This document shows, one piece after another, positions 62,942-64,000 of a stretch of DNA of 64,000 bases. Where the stretch lies: the NCBI GenBank assembly GCA_963714015.1, contig OY970223.1, forward strand, positions 1,024,001-1,088,000. Direction: 5' to 3'. Position 1 is the first letter of the stretch, and each line of letters opens with the position of its first letter. The stretch is from Vulcanimicrobiota bacterium. GTDB lineage: Bacteria > Vulcanimicrobiota > Vulcanimicrobiia > Vulcanimicrobiales > Vulcanimicrobiaceae. The notes under the pieces are model-generated. The model did no database searches and was not told the origin of the DNA. It saw only the letters and a list, made by a program, of their open reading frames with translations. Both the position numbers and the translations under genes were made by a program.

Positions 62942-64000
62942 TCACTCGGCCGCCGCTGAGCGAATCTCCTGTCTGCGCGAGCGCAGCGTGGCCGTTATTG
63001 CGAGCGCGGCGAGCGCGACCGCGGAAAACGCTAAATACGTCGTGCGATATGCCGCCTCGTCCGATATGGCCGTGCCCATGATGCCGCCGGCGACGGAACC
63101 ACCGACGATCTGTCCGACGATCAAGAACTGACTGAGGAGTCCGATAGCCGTGGCCCGCGTACGCTCGGTGCTCTCGTTTGTGACGATATACCTCGTCGGG
63201 GCGCCGAGCAGTGCTCCAAAGCCGATGCCTGCAACGATCATTGCGACGACCGAGAGCGCGAACGAATCGAAGCCCAGCGCGAAAATCAGCAACCCCAATT
63301 CGGTCAGCAGGCAGCCCCCCACCAATACGTCACGGCTGCCGATCCGGTCGAGCGCGCGCCCCGACGCCGGGATCACGACGACGAACGTCAATGCGCCGAT
63401 TGCGGCGACGCCGCCGGCGACGGCGTACGAAAGATGCTGTGCTCCGACTAAGACGGCCGGAATAAAGAAAAGCGATCCTTCGAGAATTCCGATGACGATC
63501 TCGAGCGCGAACGTTTTTGCGAGCCTGCGCATTGGTGAAGAGCGCCGGTGGTACGATGGGGTTCTCGGTAGTGCGCTCCCAAAACGAAAATGCGACGAGC
63601 AGCAGCAGCCCAAAAACAATCGTAACCGCATGCACGCCGCTGATGCCGTACATCAAGAACAGCAATCCGATCGTCAGCAGCAGCAAACCCGGCAGGTCGA
63701 GCGGTCCGCGCACGCGCGGCGCGTTTACCGGCACGTGCGAGAATGCGAATGCCAGCACTGCTGCTCCCAGCGGAAAATTGAGCGCAAAGATCCAGCGCCA
63801 CGAGACGAAGTGCGTGACCAGCCCACCGTAGAGCGGCCCGAGTACGGCCGCTAGCCCCCACGTTGCGGCGACCATCCCGAGCGCGGCGCCGCGCCGCTCC
63901 GGCGGGACGCGATCGCCGATGGCGGCCGTCGCTACCGGAAAGATACCGCCCGCTCCGAAGGCTTGAATGGCGCGCGCAAAGAGAAACATGCCGTAGTCTT
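62942..64000 (-). CDS. MFS drug-resistance-type transporter (5' part outside window; frameshift near 63520)
   Basis: ARAIQAFGAGG, ERRGAALG, GPLYGG, WRWIF..N.PLG. Confidence 0.88.

Overview
GC-rich bacterial chromosomal segment. The gene content suggests a Terrabacteria-type soil organism, possibly Eremiobacterota/WPS-2, but that is inference only. About a dozen single-base indels split conserved genes (gyrA, selA, selB, typA, coxB and others), which points to an unpolished long-read assembly. Core content: a tsaE-tsaB-rimI-yqeK-rsfS-TPM operon, gyrA-trxA-selA-selB-add, clpB, typA, an ECF sigma/anti-sigma pair, a sirtuin, an amino-sugar-utilisation region (GH20, permease, kinase, nanE), an A2-type caa3 cytochrome oxidase operon and aidB. 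Most notable non-standard features: (1) a 570-bp nested palindromic repeat array with a 45-nt period that keeps an open reading frame, breaks at ATGA junctions and abuts the gyrA start codon; (2) a decayed 5.2-kb island integrated at tRNA-Sec, with a 25-bp att duplication, an integrase C-terminal remnant and a 42-bp internal repeat, carrying two related PDZ/multi-TM/GAF receptor-like proteins that have no output domain; (3) a small membrane ORF whose UGA stop lies inside the tRNA-Sec gene; (4) several unannotated small ORFs and internally deleted gene remnants; (5) a degenerate class III cyclase.
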